Both the position numbers and the translations under genes were made by a program. Shown here in pieces: positions 1 to 7,838 of a DNA stretch of 64,000 nt (position 1 is its first letter; every line of letters begins with the position of its first letter). The DNA is taken from positions 51,123-115,122 of the forward strand of contig CAYNFH010000001.1 in NCBI GenBank assembly GCA_964396385.1, in the 5' to 3' direction. Source of the stretch: an uncultured Chthonomonadaceae bacterium (GTDB lineage Bacteria > Armatimonadota > Chthonomonadetes > Chthonomonadales > CAJBBX01). The notes beneath the pieces were generated by a model, which searched no databases, had not been told where the DNA came from, and was given only the letters and a program-made list of their open reading frames with translations.

Positions 1-1
1 C

Positions 2-184
2 GGCTACATCGACGTGGGCGAGATGGCCCTGGGCGAGCCGGAAGTGGATCTGGCCGCCGCCGTCTGGAGCCTCCAGTACAACCTGGGCGCCGGGCACGGA
101 GCGGCGTTCCTGCGGGCGTACGGCGTAACCGACGCGGACGAGGAGATAGTAGAGCGCCTACGGGTGAGCTATGAGCTGCGCTGA
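2..184 (+). CDS. C-terminal end of a phosphotransferase (APH/choline-kinase fold) family protein; the 5' part lies outside the window
   Basis: Open frame from the window edge to TGA at 182-184. The translation GYIDVGEMALGEPEVDLAAAVWSLQYNLGAGHGAAFLRAYGVTDADEEIVERLRVSYELR resembles the C-terminal lobe of aminoglycoside-phosphotransferase-like kinases. Confidence 0.5.
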   Translation, partial: GYIDVGEMALGEPEVDLAAAVWSLQYNLGAGHGAAFLRAYGVTDADEEIVERLRVSYELR

Positions 185-251
185 CGGTCCGGTTCTCCGG
201 AAGTCACTATCGGTGGCCCCATCGTGACTGAATAGCAGTGATGGCATTCCC

Positions 252-283
252 CCACAAAGTGGGACCATGGTCCCACTTTGTGG
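252..283. repeat. Perfect 32-bp palindrome CCACAAAGTGGGACCATGGTCCCACTTTGTGG
   Basis: Read directly; the two 16-nt halves are exact reverse complements, centred on CCATGG. Intergenic, between the phosphotransferase 3' end and the DUF559 3' end. Confidence 0.95.
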
Positions 284-403
284 TCATTTGGTCCCATCGC
301 CGGACGAGCATGAAGGATTTGAAGAGGCGGCCGTGGCGGGCGTTACGGTAAATCTATACATCGGCGAGCGTGAGTCCTCCGTCATATGAACGCACTCACG
401 CGG

Positions 404-472
404 CCAGACACCTCCCTGGTAGGGAGGGCGAGGAACGGAGCTGCGGGTACGGCGGTGAGTGGGTGGGCCGGC
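404..472 (+). repeat. Copy 1 of a ~69-nt repeat family (hairpin CCTCCCT-N3-AGGGAGG, then ~31-33 nt, then GGTGGGCC)
   Basis: ccagacaCCTCCCTggtAGGGAGGGcg...GGTGGGCCggc. After the hairpin it aligns position-for-position (same length, roughly 70% identity by eye) with the copy at 1192-1260. Confidence 0.8.
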
Positions 473-507
473 TGAGGCCGCCTTATGACGTAATCTGAAT
501 TCCTGCA

Positions 508-921
508 TCACGGCTCTTCGCGGTCCGCGACAGTGCGTTGAGCGGCGACTGCGGCTCGGAGCTCAGACAGAACTCCCTCCAGATCCTGCTGCACTCGGTC
601 ATTGGAGAACCTCAGTACGCGCAGGTTGCGACGCTCTAGAATCCGGTCTCGCTCCACATCATAATCCTTCTGTCCGGAATGAATCGAGCCATCCAGTTCT
701 ATTACCAGCCCTGCCGCATGGCAGTAGAAGTCCACGATGAAGCCATCGATCACCTGCTGTCGCCGGAATGGTACTCCGTCCAGCCGGCTGTTCCGGATCC
801 GGGCCCACAGCTTCGCCTCCGCGTCGGTCATCCTGTGGCGCATCATCCGCGCCGACTCCCGCTTCACCTGCGAGCTTGGCCCGTACACGATGCCTGAGCG
901 GTCTACCTCATTCTGCTCCAT
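508..921 (-). CDS. DUF559 (Vsr-like) endonuclease domain protein
   Basis: Translation ...RHRMTDAEAKLWARIRNSRLDGVPFRRQQVIDGFIVDFYCHAAGLVIELDGSIHSGQKDYDVERDRILERRNLRVLRFSNDRV is typical of DUF559. The ORF track extends to 1125, but that N-terminal part reads through repeat elements; ATG at 921-919 (MEQNEV...) chosen as start. Confidence 0.75.
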   Translation of the reverse strand: MEQNEVDRSGIVYGPSSQVKRESARMMRHRMTDAEAKLWARIRNSRLDGVPFRRQQVIDGFIVDFYCHAAGLVIELDGSIHSGQKDYDVERDRILERRNLRVLRFSNDRVQQDLEGVLSELRAAVAAQRTVADREEP

Positions 922-1022
922 ACCCGCACCTTCTCCGGCCGACCCGGAGGCCCACGCCCGGAGGCCTACCCACGCAACTCCGTACGTGTTGCTCCGCCAT
1001 ACGGAAGGCCCACCCACGCCCG

Positions 1023-1090
1023 GAGGCCCACCGGCATATTGCTGTACGCGTTGCTGCGCCCTACGCCCTCCCTGAGAGGGAGGGGAGCCA
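1023..1090 (-). repeat. Copy 2 (inverted orientation) of the ~69-nt repeat family
   Basis: The reverse complement reads ...cCCTCCCTctcAGGGAGGGcgtagggcgcagcaacgcgtacagcaatatgccGGTGGGCCtcc, with the same hairpin, spacing and terminal GGTGGGCC. Its tail is tandemly duplicated at about 955-1006. Confidence 0.65.
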
Positions 1091-1191
1091 TTGGTGTGAG
1101 GTTGATACATGGAACGGCCTGCCAATAATCGGACTTACTTCAGGTACGAGCGGCCCGGATGCTTGCGAACGAACCTGATGACCTCAAGCAT

Positions 1192-1260
1192 CCAGACACC
1201 TCCCTCCCAGGGAGGGTGCGGAACCGGGCGGCGAGTAGGGCAGTGCGCAGGTGGGCCGGC
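1192..1260 (+). repeat. Copy 3 of the ~69-nt repeat family
   Basis: ccagacaCCTCCCTcccAGGGAGGGtgcggaaccgggcggcgagtagggcagtgcgcagGTGGGCCggc. Confidence 0.8.
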
Positions 1261-1288
1261 GCGACGGGCTTGCCCTGCTAATCTCCTG

Positions 1289-1588
1289 CTACGGCCGGCA
1301 CGTGCATCCGCGGCTCAGAGAACCACCGACGTCGTTGGCAGCCCACCGGTCCAGTTCTGCCGCGTCGTTGGAGCAGACCTTGCGGTATCCGTTCCCGACG
1401 CGGCGGGCGGGGCTCGCTATGTGGCGGCACGTGGCGCGGTGCAGCACAAGGTAGATCGGAGATGGATTCTCGTAGCAGTTCACCACGTAGCCGTTCGGGT
1501 TGGCGGCCAGCCAGGCGAAGTAGGCCTGGTCACTGTCTGGGAAGTCCGGCATGCGATTCTCCTTCTCCGAGGTGGCTGGTTCGCTCAT
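1289..1588 (-). CDS. Hypothetical small protein (99 aa)
   Basis: ORF immediately downstream of hicB (17-nt gap). The sequence ...GYVVNCYENPSPIYLVLHRATCRHI...YRKVCSNDAAELDRWAA...CTCRP looks protein-like, but no family was recognised with confidence. Confidence 0.45.
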   Translation of the reverse strand: MSEPATSEKENRMPDFPDSDQAYFAWLAANPNGYVVNCYENPSPIYLVLHRATCRHIASPARRVGNGYRKVCSNDAAELDRWAANDVGGSLSRGCTCRP

Positions 1589-1604
1589 GCCAGGCGGACC
1601 CCTC

Positions 1605-1796
1605 CTATTCCGTTACCGGCCGGACCGTCGGCAATATGGTCGCTACAGGCGGAGTGAAGTGGAGCCTCAGCGCCTCGCCCAGGTTCGCCAGAGCCTCGGA
1701 TTCACTCTCGCCCTGGCTTGCAACCTCTATCTCCCTGCACTGGGCTATGTACCAGTTACCCTCCTGCCATACGTTCGCGGTGAAATGCTGCTTCAT
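1605..1796 (-). CDS. hicB: HicB-family antitoxin-like protein (UPF0150 fold)
   Basis: MKQHFTANVWQEGNWYIAQCREIEVASQGESESEALANLGEALRLHF matches the HicB N-terminal domain pattern. AAGGAG lies 6 nt upstream of the ATG at 1796. No hicA was recognised nearby. Confidence 0.7.
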   Translation of the reverse strand: MKQHFTANVWQEGNWYIAQCREIEVASQGESESEALANLGEALRLHFTPPVATILPTVRPVTE

Positions 1797-1823
1797 GCTC
1801 GCTCCTTCTCGCACCTTCGATTG

Positions 1824-2065
1824 TTACTCCCGTTGGTCCCCTGTCAGCCCGAACTTCTCCAGCACCTGGGTGAGGCGGGCGTCGGCTTGCTCGCGCTCGG
1901 TGCGGGCGGCGGCCAGGTCCGCCAGGATCTCGGCCATGGGGCGGTGCGTTACGCGCTCTCCGAGAACTTGGGGACGTCGGTGGCGCCGCGGATGACGCAG
2001 GCGGCGTCCCAGAGCCATTGCTCCAAGGACGAGACGGAGAGGCGCTCGCCTTCGGCGGGCTCCAT
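1824..2065 (-). pseudogene. hsdM: Remnant of a type I restriction-modification methylase (HsdM): N-terminal ~35 aa and a C-terminal tail only
   Basis: MEPAEGERLSVSSLEQWLWDAACVIRGATDVPKFSE matches the HsdM N-terminal motif (LW..A..lRG..d..kf). A stop follows, then a frame-shifted tail ...AEILADLAAARTEREQADARLTQVLEKFGL resembling an HsdM C-terminus. The methyltransferase core is absent. Confidence 0.5.
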
Positions 2066-2148
2066 GGTGAGGGTGTGCTGGGCGGTCAAGCGGGCCTCCG
2101 GAAGTTCGAGGTGGACCCTACGCGCCGATTCCGGCGCCATGAGCCACG

Positions 2149-2649
2149 CTAGGATTCGGGGCTCATCCGGCTACATCCTCCGGTATCTGAACCCACGCGC
2201 ACAATCTGCAGGATGCTCTCCACGACCTCGTTCAGCGGAGCAGTGGTGTCGATCACGTGATGGGCGGTGCGGCGGAGGAGCGGCTCGAACGTTTCGATGT
2301 GTCTCCGGACCTCCTGGAGCTCTTCGGCGGACTTACCGTAGCGGTTGGTGGTTCGACGGGCGAGCCGCTCGAAGATCACGCCGGTCGGAGCCGTCAGTAG
2401 GATGATGTGGTCGAACTGAGGGTAGAACCTCCCCTGGTTGGTGGCGCAGCCGGAAAGGAACAGGACGTCGCCCTCGGCGGTCGAGAGGAGCTCCTGGATG
2501 AGATCCTCGCGCCAGACCCAGTCGCCGTCCGGTCCGCGCTCCGACCAGCCGTAATCCGCATCTACCGCCTTGTATCCGCGGTCGGCAAGAGCCTGAATGA
2601 CGGAGGACTTGCCGGTGCCGGACATCCCGGTGAGAAGGACGCGTTTCAT
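2149..2649 (-). CDS. P-loop NTPase / small kinase-like AAA protein
   Basis: MKRVLLTGMSGTGKSSV is a Walker A motif at the N-terminus. The size (166 aa) and layout resemble shikimate/adenylate-kinase-like proteins. Confidence 0.75.
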   Translation of the reverse strand: MKRVLLTGMSGTGKSSVIQALADRGYKAVDADYGWSERGPDGDWVWREDLIQELLSTAEGDVLFLSGCATNQGRFYPQFDHIILLTAPTGVIFERLARRTTNRYGKSAEELQEVRRHIETFEPLLRRTAHHVIDTTAPLNEVVESILQIVRVGSDTGGCSRMSPES

Positions 2650-2809
2650 GTATCCTTAGGAACCACGGCATACAAACCGCTATGTAAAGCAGATCCCTCG
2701 CGGAGCTCGGGATGACAGATTGGTGCGGTTCGAGTATCTATCCAACAGCGTGGTGGTTCCGCTATTGGCCACTGGGATTCGAACGCCGACCTGATTGATT
2801 GGATCGGTG

Positions 2810-3505
2810 CTACTTCACGGCAACCGGCGTGGGGTTTTGGGGCAGGCAGTTTCTTGCGAGCCACTGGGGGTAGACGGTTGCTTTCCACCGGCCGGACTTC
2901 ACCCACGGATCGCCGTCCAGCCAGGCCTGGATCTTCTTGTCGTCCGTGCCGCGGAAGAGCGCTATCTCGCGGACCGCATCGCCGGAGGTGGCCACCGCGT
3001 GGAAAGCCAGGCCGGCGCTCGCGCCATCGCGTATCGCGTCACGGTGTGGCGTGCCGGCCGGCTGCTTCGGCAGCGCCCCATTCTCCAGGCGCTCAAGCAC
3101 CACCAGCCGGTTCTCTTCTATGGAATCCGCGTCGGCCCCGGTGACCCGAAGTACCTCGCCGAAATCCGGTTTCAGCGGCACCACGTGCGCGGTGAAGATG
3201 CCGTGCTGGAAGAAGGGGTCCGGTTTGAAGCTCTCGTCCACGTCCCGGCGGGACTTGACGGTGAGCAGCACGATACCCCGGCGCGTCCCACCCGGATCCC
3301 GCATCGGACCGGCCACGGTGAGCCGCTTCAGATCGTAGAGGCGCCTGGAATTGCCCAGGTGGGCCTTCATCATCTCTTCGCTCTCCGCCTGGGAGAGCAT
3401 GGCCTGCACCTTGGTGTGCTCGATGAACACCCACCAGGACCGTTCTTGCGCCTTACCGCCGCCCGGCGCGCCAAGCGCACAGGCAAGCATGATCGTCATC
3501 CACAT
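2810..3505 (-). CDS. Secreted protein with two YciI-like domains
   Basis: Hydrophobic N-terminus, then two segments with a YciI-like pattern (...HLGNSRRLYDLKRLTVAGPMRD...DPFFQHGIF... and ...LFRGTDDKKIQAWLDGDPWVKSG...). Confidence 0.55.
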   Translation of the reverse strand: MWMTIMLACALGAPGGGKAQERSWWVFIEHTKVQAMLSQAESEEMMKAHLGNSRRLYDLKRLTVAGPMRDPGGTRRGIVLLTVKSRRDVDESFKPDPFFQHGIFTAHVVPLKPDFGEVLRVTGADADSIEENRLVVLERLENGALPKQPAGTPHRDAIRDGASAGLAFHAVATSGDAVREIALFRGTDDKKIQAWLDGDPWVKSGRWKATVYPQWLARNCLPQNPTPVAVK

Positions 3506-3687
3506 CCCCGGATCTCCCTCTCCCCGTAATGACCGCTCGCCCGGATCGATTCGCGATCAGGGCGGGAAAGACCTTCCGGGAAGCCGAGCGACCCGGTGTG
3601 TTTAGCGCGTGCCTTGTCATAGCCGATAGAGAAAGCGCCTGAACCTGCTCTCCTCACCGCTCCGGCGAGAGGAGCGGCGCGCGAGAC

Positions 3688-4992
3688 ATGACGTCCGTAA
3701 CCGTCCAGCCCCAGAGCATATCCCGGCAGGCGCCTCCGGAAGTGCGGCGGAACCGCTGGCTCCTCTTTTGGAGCCAGGCGGTCTTCATGTTTGCCGCGGG
3801 CCTGCTGGACGTAAAGACGCTCCTGCCGGCTTTCGTCAGCAGGTACAGCGCATCCCTGCTGCTCGTCGCCCTCCTGCCGGCCCTCGGCTCCGGCTGCAAG
3901 CTGCTGCCGCAGCTCTTCGCGGCTCACGTCATGCGCCCACACGCGCACAAGAAGCCGTGGCTGCTGGCTGCGGACCTGGCGCGCATTCTGCCCATCGCGG
4001 GTCTCGCGTGGATGCTGTTTGTCCGGCCGCGCGCTGCCGGGCCGGCCGTACTACCCGTGTGTTACTTCGCCCTTATTCTGTTTACCGTGGCCAACGGCGT
4101 TGGAGCCATCGCATGGTGGGACATCCTGGGCAAGACCGTCCCACGCTCCGATCGGCCGGGGCTGTTCGGTGGTATGATGCTGGGAGGATCGGCTATGGGG
4201 CTTGCGGCCGGCGCGCTGGTGGAGGCCCTGCTCAAGAGCTCGCGCGGGCCTTTTTCGCACGATTTTGCCCTGCTGTTCGCCCTGGCGGTGGGCGCTCTGG
4301 CGGTTACGTTTGTCGTGGATGCCGGGCTGGTCGAGCCTGCCGGCAGCGCAGCGCCCATTCCGGATACGCGTCACGACTCCCTGGTTCGGCTCGTACGCCT
4401 GCTCAGGGATGGAGGGCCGTTCGCCCGGCTGATGCAGGCGCAGTTTCTGCTAGGAGTACCGGGTCTCGCCGCGGGGCTCTACACGCCGTACGCGCTTGGC
4501 GAGCTGAGGCTGCCCCTGGACGCTATGGGGCTGCTGGTGGCGGCCACCGCAGCGGGCTCTGGTGTGGGAGGCATCTTCCTGCCGGGACTGTCGCGACGGC
4601 GGGGTAGCCGGTCCGTCCTGGCGGTAGCGGCGTCAGCGGTGGTACTGGCGCCACTCGTCGTCGCGGCCGCGGGAGCTCTCCGGGGCTTCCTGGGCCTGCG
4701 CGCGGCGTGCTGCGCCATCAGCTTCGGCTGCCAGGGGCTGGCGACGAGCGGTCTGTTCGTCGGCATGAACGACCTCGTGCTCGCGCTGGCGCCGGCGGAT
4801 GACCGACCGTTGTACGTTAGCCTGTCCAATTCTGTTTCAGGCCTGCTCGTGCCTCTTCCGCTGCTTGGAGGCGTGCTGGCCCAGCGGTTTGGCTCGGCCG
4901 CCGTGCTCTGGCTGTGTCCGCTGCCCGCAGTCGTGGGGCTGCTCAGGCTCCGCGCCCTGCGTGCGCCAGGCGTGGGGGCAGGGCCAGGATGA
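3688..4992 (+). CDS. MFS transporter
   Basis: 434 aa, about 12 hydrophobic segments, very high GC3. No convincing competing frame. Confidence 0.75.
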   Translation: MTSVTVQPQSISRQAPPEVRRNRWLLFWSQAVFMFAAGLLDVKTLLPAFVSRYSASLLLVALLPALGSGCKLLPQLFAAHVMRPHAHKKPWLLAADLARILPIAGLAWMLFVRPRAAGPAVLPVCYFALILFTVANGVGAIAWWDILGKTVPRSDRPGLFGGMMLGGSAMGLAAGALVEALLKSSRGPFSHDFALLFALAVGALAVTFVVDAGLVEPAGSAAPIPDTRHDSLVRLVRLLRDGGPFARLMQAQFLLGVPGLAAGLYTPYALGELRLPLDAMGLLVAATAAGSGVGGIFLPGLSRRRGSRSVLAVAASAVVLAPLVVAAAGALRGFLGLRAACCAISFGCQGLATSGLFVGMNDLVLALAPADDRPLYVSLSNSVSGLLVPLPLLGGVLAQRFGSAAVLWLCPLPAVVGLLRLRALRAPGVGAGPG

Positions 4993-5100
4993 AACAGGTT
5001 CTGTACCGGTATTTATGGGTGGAGTGAGGGCCTCTTCTTCTACTGTAAATGCGGTATGGGAAGCCAAATCGGCTCCCCGGACGCTGTAAAGGAGAGAACC

Positions 5101-6237
5101 ATGCGCCCAAAACTCTTGTTGATTCCCATGCTGGCCGTACTTGCCGGCCAGGCGGCCCAGGCTCAGCAGTACACCGTTACCGACATCACCCCGGCCGGCG
5201 TGGATGCTATCGCTACATCCACCAGCCTGTACGACGCGTTCAAGCCGGCGGGCGCGCTCTACTCTGGAGCGGACTTCTCCGATCCGAAGGCAGCCGTTTG
5301 GAACGGCTTTACGCAGGACGCGGTGAACCTGCATCCCGCCGCCATCTTCGACCTGCCCATCACCGGCGGAGAGGGACGATCCATTGTGACCGGCACGGAT
5401 GCCCTAACCCAGGTGGGATACGGCTCCGGCCCCAATACATCGCAGCGCGACCTCGCGGTGGCATGGAGCGGAACCGCGGACTCCGCCTCCGTGCTCCCGG
5501 TCCCGTTCAACCACTACGAATCGAGGGCGCTGGGCATCGGCAGCGGCCAGATCGTGGGATACGCGTACACGCAGCAGAGCTCGGGAGGCCGCGGCACCAT
5601 CCACTTCTTCGCCGGCCCGCCCCACGCCCTGCTGTGGGATGAGACCACGCACGCGGTGGTAGACCTGGAGAACGGCGCGCAGGGCACGGTCGCCGTCGCG
5701 GCGACGTTTGGCAAGCAGGTGGGTTATGGAGGCGTCTACCCACCCACCACGCCCGGCCTGATTCTGGACCAGCCCAAGGCCATGATGTGGCAGGGCAGCC
5801 CCAATAACTTCGTGTGGCTGCATCCGCCGAGCGGCTACCAGGCGTCCGAGGCGCTGGAGACGGACGGGATCCAGGAAGCGGGCTGGGGACAGCTCAACGG
5901 CGGCGGAGGCAAGACTACGACCATTCCCCCTACCCACGCGATGTACTGGACCAATAGCGCGGCGAGCTTTGTGGACCTGCACCCCGCCGGGTACGTGAGC
6001 TCCTACGCGCTGGGCGTTGCCATGGGACAGCAGGTGGGCTACGGCACGGATGCGGCCGGGCTGAGCCACCCGCTGGTGTGGAGTGGAAGCGCGGCGAGCG
6101 TGGAGGACCTGGGCCAGTTCCTGCCGGCGGGATACAGTTCTGCCGTCGCGACCGGCATCGATACGTCCGGTAACATCTCCGGGTACGCGATCTACGGTAC
6201 GCAGCGGCGGGCGATTATCTGGTCGCCCGTGCGGTAG
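5101..6237 (+). CDS. Secreted HAF-like extracellular repeat protein
   Basis: Signal peptide MRPKLLLIPMLAVLAGQAAQAQQ, then about 6 repeats of the form (Q)VGYG...A(L/M/V)(W)...(V)DL(H)P. The track ORF starts at 5056; ATG 5101 is preferred. Confidence 0.6.
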   Translation: MRPKLLLIPMLAVLAGQAAQAQQYTVTDITPAGVDAIATSTSLYDAFKPAGALYSGADFSDPKAAVWNGFTQDAVNLHPAAIFDLPITGGEGRSIVTGTDALTQVGYGSGPNTSQRDLAVAWSGTADSASVLPVPFNHYESRALGIGSGQIVGYAYTQQSSGGRGTIHFFAGPPHALLWDETTHAVVDLENGAQGTVAVAATFGKQVGYGGVYPPTTPGLILDQPKAMMWQGSPNNFVWLHPPSGYQASEALETDGIQEAGWGQLNGGGGKTTTIPPTHAMYWTNSAASFVDLHPAGYVSSYALGVAMGQQVGYGTDAAGLSHPLVWSGSAASVEDLGQFLPAGYSSAVATGIDTSGNISGYAIYGTQRRAIIWSPVR

Positions 6238-6413
6238 CCCCACGCCGAGCGCGGCGGTCTGGAATAGGCTGTAGGGGGCCGGGTGGCCTTTCGCATACCG
6301 GGCCGAGTGCCCAGAGGCCCGGCGGCCACCCCGTCCCGTCCCGGCTTTGGAGTGCGGCGGCTTGACGCCGCTTTCTCTGTGCCGTAATTCAAGCACTAAT
6401 CGATAAACGCGGT

Positions 6414-6444
6414 AGGGGCCGGGCGCCGTCCCGGCCCCTTTACA
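6414..6444. terminator. GC-rich hairpin between convergent genes (candidate bidirectional terminator)
   Basis: AGGGGCCGGG-cgccgt-CCCGGCCCCT forms a 10-bp stem followed by TTTACA. It lies between the 3' ends of 5101..6237 (+) and the 6457..6729 (-) remnant. Confidence 0.45.
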
Positions 6445-6456
6445 GTGGGTCCGCGA

Positions 6457-6729
6457 CTATTCCTTCACCCGTTTGTATCCTGCCAGGAAGAGCAAGGTCT
6501 TGGGCTTCGATTCAAAGCGGGTGGGGCGCGCCTTACCGGAGAGGTCGTAGCAGATCTTCATCCGGTCTCCGGAAAGCTGGACGATGGCGGGATAGGTCTT
6601 GCCCTTGTTGGGTCCCTCCGTCCCGTGCACGTCCATCCCCAGCGGCTTCCGGTTGGGAAGAACCGTCCACGTCCCGCGGTCCGGGCTTTCGGCGCCCAGG
6701 AGCCCGTACTCCCCTTCCGTGAACTCCAG
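6457..6729 (-). pseudogene. C-terminal ~90 aa of a TIGR03067-type (lipocalin-like, Planctomycete-type) domain protein with no usable start
   Basis: Hand translation: LEFTEGEYGLLGAESPDRGTWTVLPNRKPLGMDVHGTEGPNKGKTYPAIVQLSGDRMKICYDLSGKARPTRFESKPKTLLFLAGYKRVKE*. The frame opens directly after, and in frame with, the TAA of the upstream gene. No ATG/GTG/TTG precedes the domain core. Confidence 0.55.
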
Positions 6730-7794
6730 TTACGACAACAGCAGCATGGCGTAGGCGGCAAGCCAGTGCTCCACCATGTAGTCGCTGCCGGACACCTGCG
6801 GGAGGGAGGCCGCCGCGTGCCGCTCGGCGGCGCGGAGGAGGGGCGCGGAGCGGCCGTCTTGCGGCGGAAGGTTCTCGGCGATGCGCGTGAACGCCGCCGC
6901 GCGGCTCAGGTTGAGGCCGTGCAGATGGGCGATCTGGCCATCGGTGGGATCGGAGACTTCGGCCGGTGTAAAGAGGGATGCGGGCTCCTCCCGGGCCAAT
7001 CCGGGCAGAAAGCTGGACAGCCACTCCGCGAACGCACCTGATTCCAGGAGTCGGGACATCAGGTCCGCTTCGCACAGGCAGGGAGACAGGAAGTCGGTTC
7101 CGGAGGGCTCGTAGCGCGCCGGACAGTCGATGTCGGCCCCGAACCACTTGCCGGCATGGAAGCGGATGGCATCCAGTAGGCGCAGGTCGCCCTGACCGGC
7201 CAGGAGCCGCGCGTAGTCCCAGGAGCGGGAGAGCGCGAAGGCGGTGTTGGAGTGCACGCCGATGCGGACCGGATGGCTTAGCCTCGGCAGCCAACCGACC
7301 AGCGCCTTCACGATATGGTGGGCCAGCGGGCGGACCGCCTCCGCCCACCGGCGGCCTTCGGGATCGTCCCAGGTCTCGAGCTCATGCTGGAGCGTCAGGA
7401 GCCAGCCCCAGCCGTAGGGTCGCTCGATCCACAGGTGCTGCGGCTGCTGGAAGAACCGCAGCTCGACGGCCAGGTTCTCCGAGGTGAGCTGCCGCCGCAG
7501 AGTCTCCTGGGCGGCGGCGGCGATGGGCTCCCGGGGCAGGAGCTTCAGCAGGCGGACCAGGACCCAGTGCATCTCCACGGCGGAGTGCCAGTCGAAGCAG
7601 CCGTAGAAGGCCGGATGCTGCTCCCGGTGCGTAGGATAGGGGCCGGGTCCCGTGGCCACAAACAGCGGCATTACCGGATACTCCCGCGTGATGCCGGCTA
7701 TCGCCGCTCCCGCGATCTCTGCCGCCCGCTCACGGAGCAGTGCCACCCGCTGCTCCGTTTCGATTGACATTTTGCCCGCCCACACCGGATCCAC
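6730..7794 (-). CDS. DUF2891 family protein
   Basis: ...HPAFYGCFDWHSAVEMHWVLVRLLKLLP...RPYGWGWLLTLQHEL...HSNTAFALS... is characteristic of DUF2891. The start may instead be the ATG at 7770. Confidence 0.75.
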   Translation of the reverse strand: MDPVWAGKMSIETEQRVALLRERAAEIAGAAIAGITREYPVMPLFVATGPGPYPTHREQHPAFYGCFDWHSAVEMHWVLVRLLKLLPREPIAAAAQETLRRQLTSENLAVELRFFQQPQHLWIERPYGWGWLLTLQHELETWDDPEGRRWAEAVRPLAHHIVKALVGWLPRLSHPVRIGVHSNTAFALSRSWDYARLLAGQGDLRLLDAIRFHAGKWFGADIDCPARYEPSGTDFLSPCLCEADLMSRLLESGAFAEWLSSFLPGLAREEPASLFTPAEVSDPTDGQIAHLHGLNLSRAAAFTRIAENLPPQDGRSAPLLRAAERHAAASLPQVSGSDYMVEHWLAAYAMLLLS

Positions 7795-7838
7795 CCTGCG
7801 GCGAGTTTAGCCAGGCACGGTTGCCCGGCGTGTGCCGC

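Noticed and set aside
508-1125. Long N-terminal extensions offered by the ORF track (DUF559 to 1125, PQQ from 10686, Rieske to 14354, hypothetical from 39874, GGDEF to 42046, STAND-WD40 to 62982, DUF1592 to 49111)
   Set aside because: The extensions run through repeats or neighbouring genes, lack family similarity, and better-placed internal starts exist with RBS-like sequences or stop/start overlaps.
2766-2793. tRNA-like string (GGGATTCGAAC on the + strand, equal to the T-loop TTCGAATCC on the - strand)
   Set aside because: Flanking bases do not form a T-stem (CGGCG versus CCCAG). There are too few bases for an acceptor stem, no CCA context, and no D or anticodon arms. It is not a tRNA gene, and is kept only as a possible att-type remnant in a finding.
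6445-7348. ORFs 6445..7041 (+) and 6533..7348 (-) as alternatives to the DUF2891 and TIGR03067 frames
   Set aside because: Their translations are low in complexity (R/G/P-rich). The chosen minus-strand frame gives family-typical sequence for both DUF2891 and the TIGR03067 remnant.
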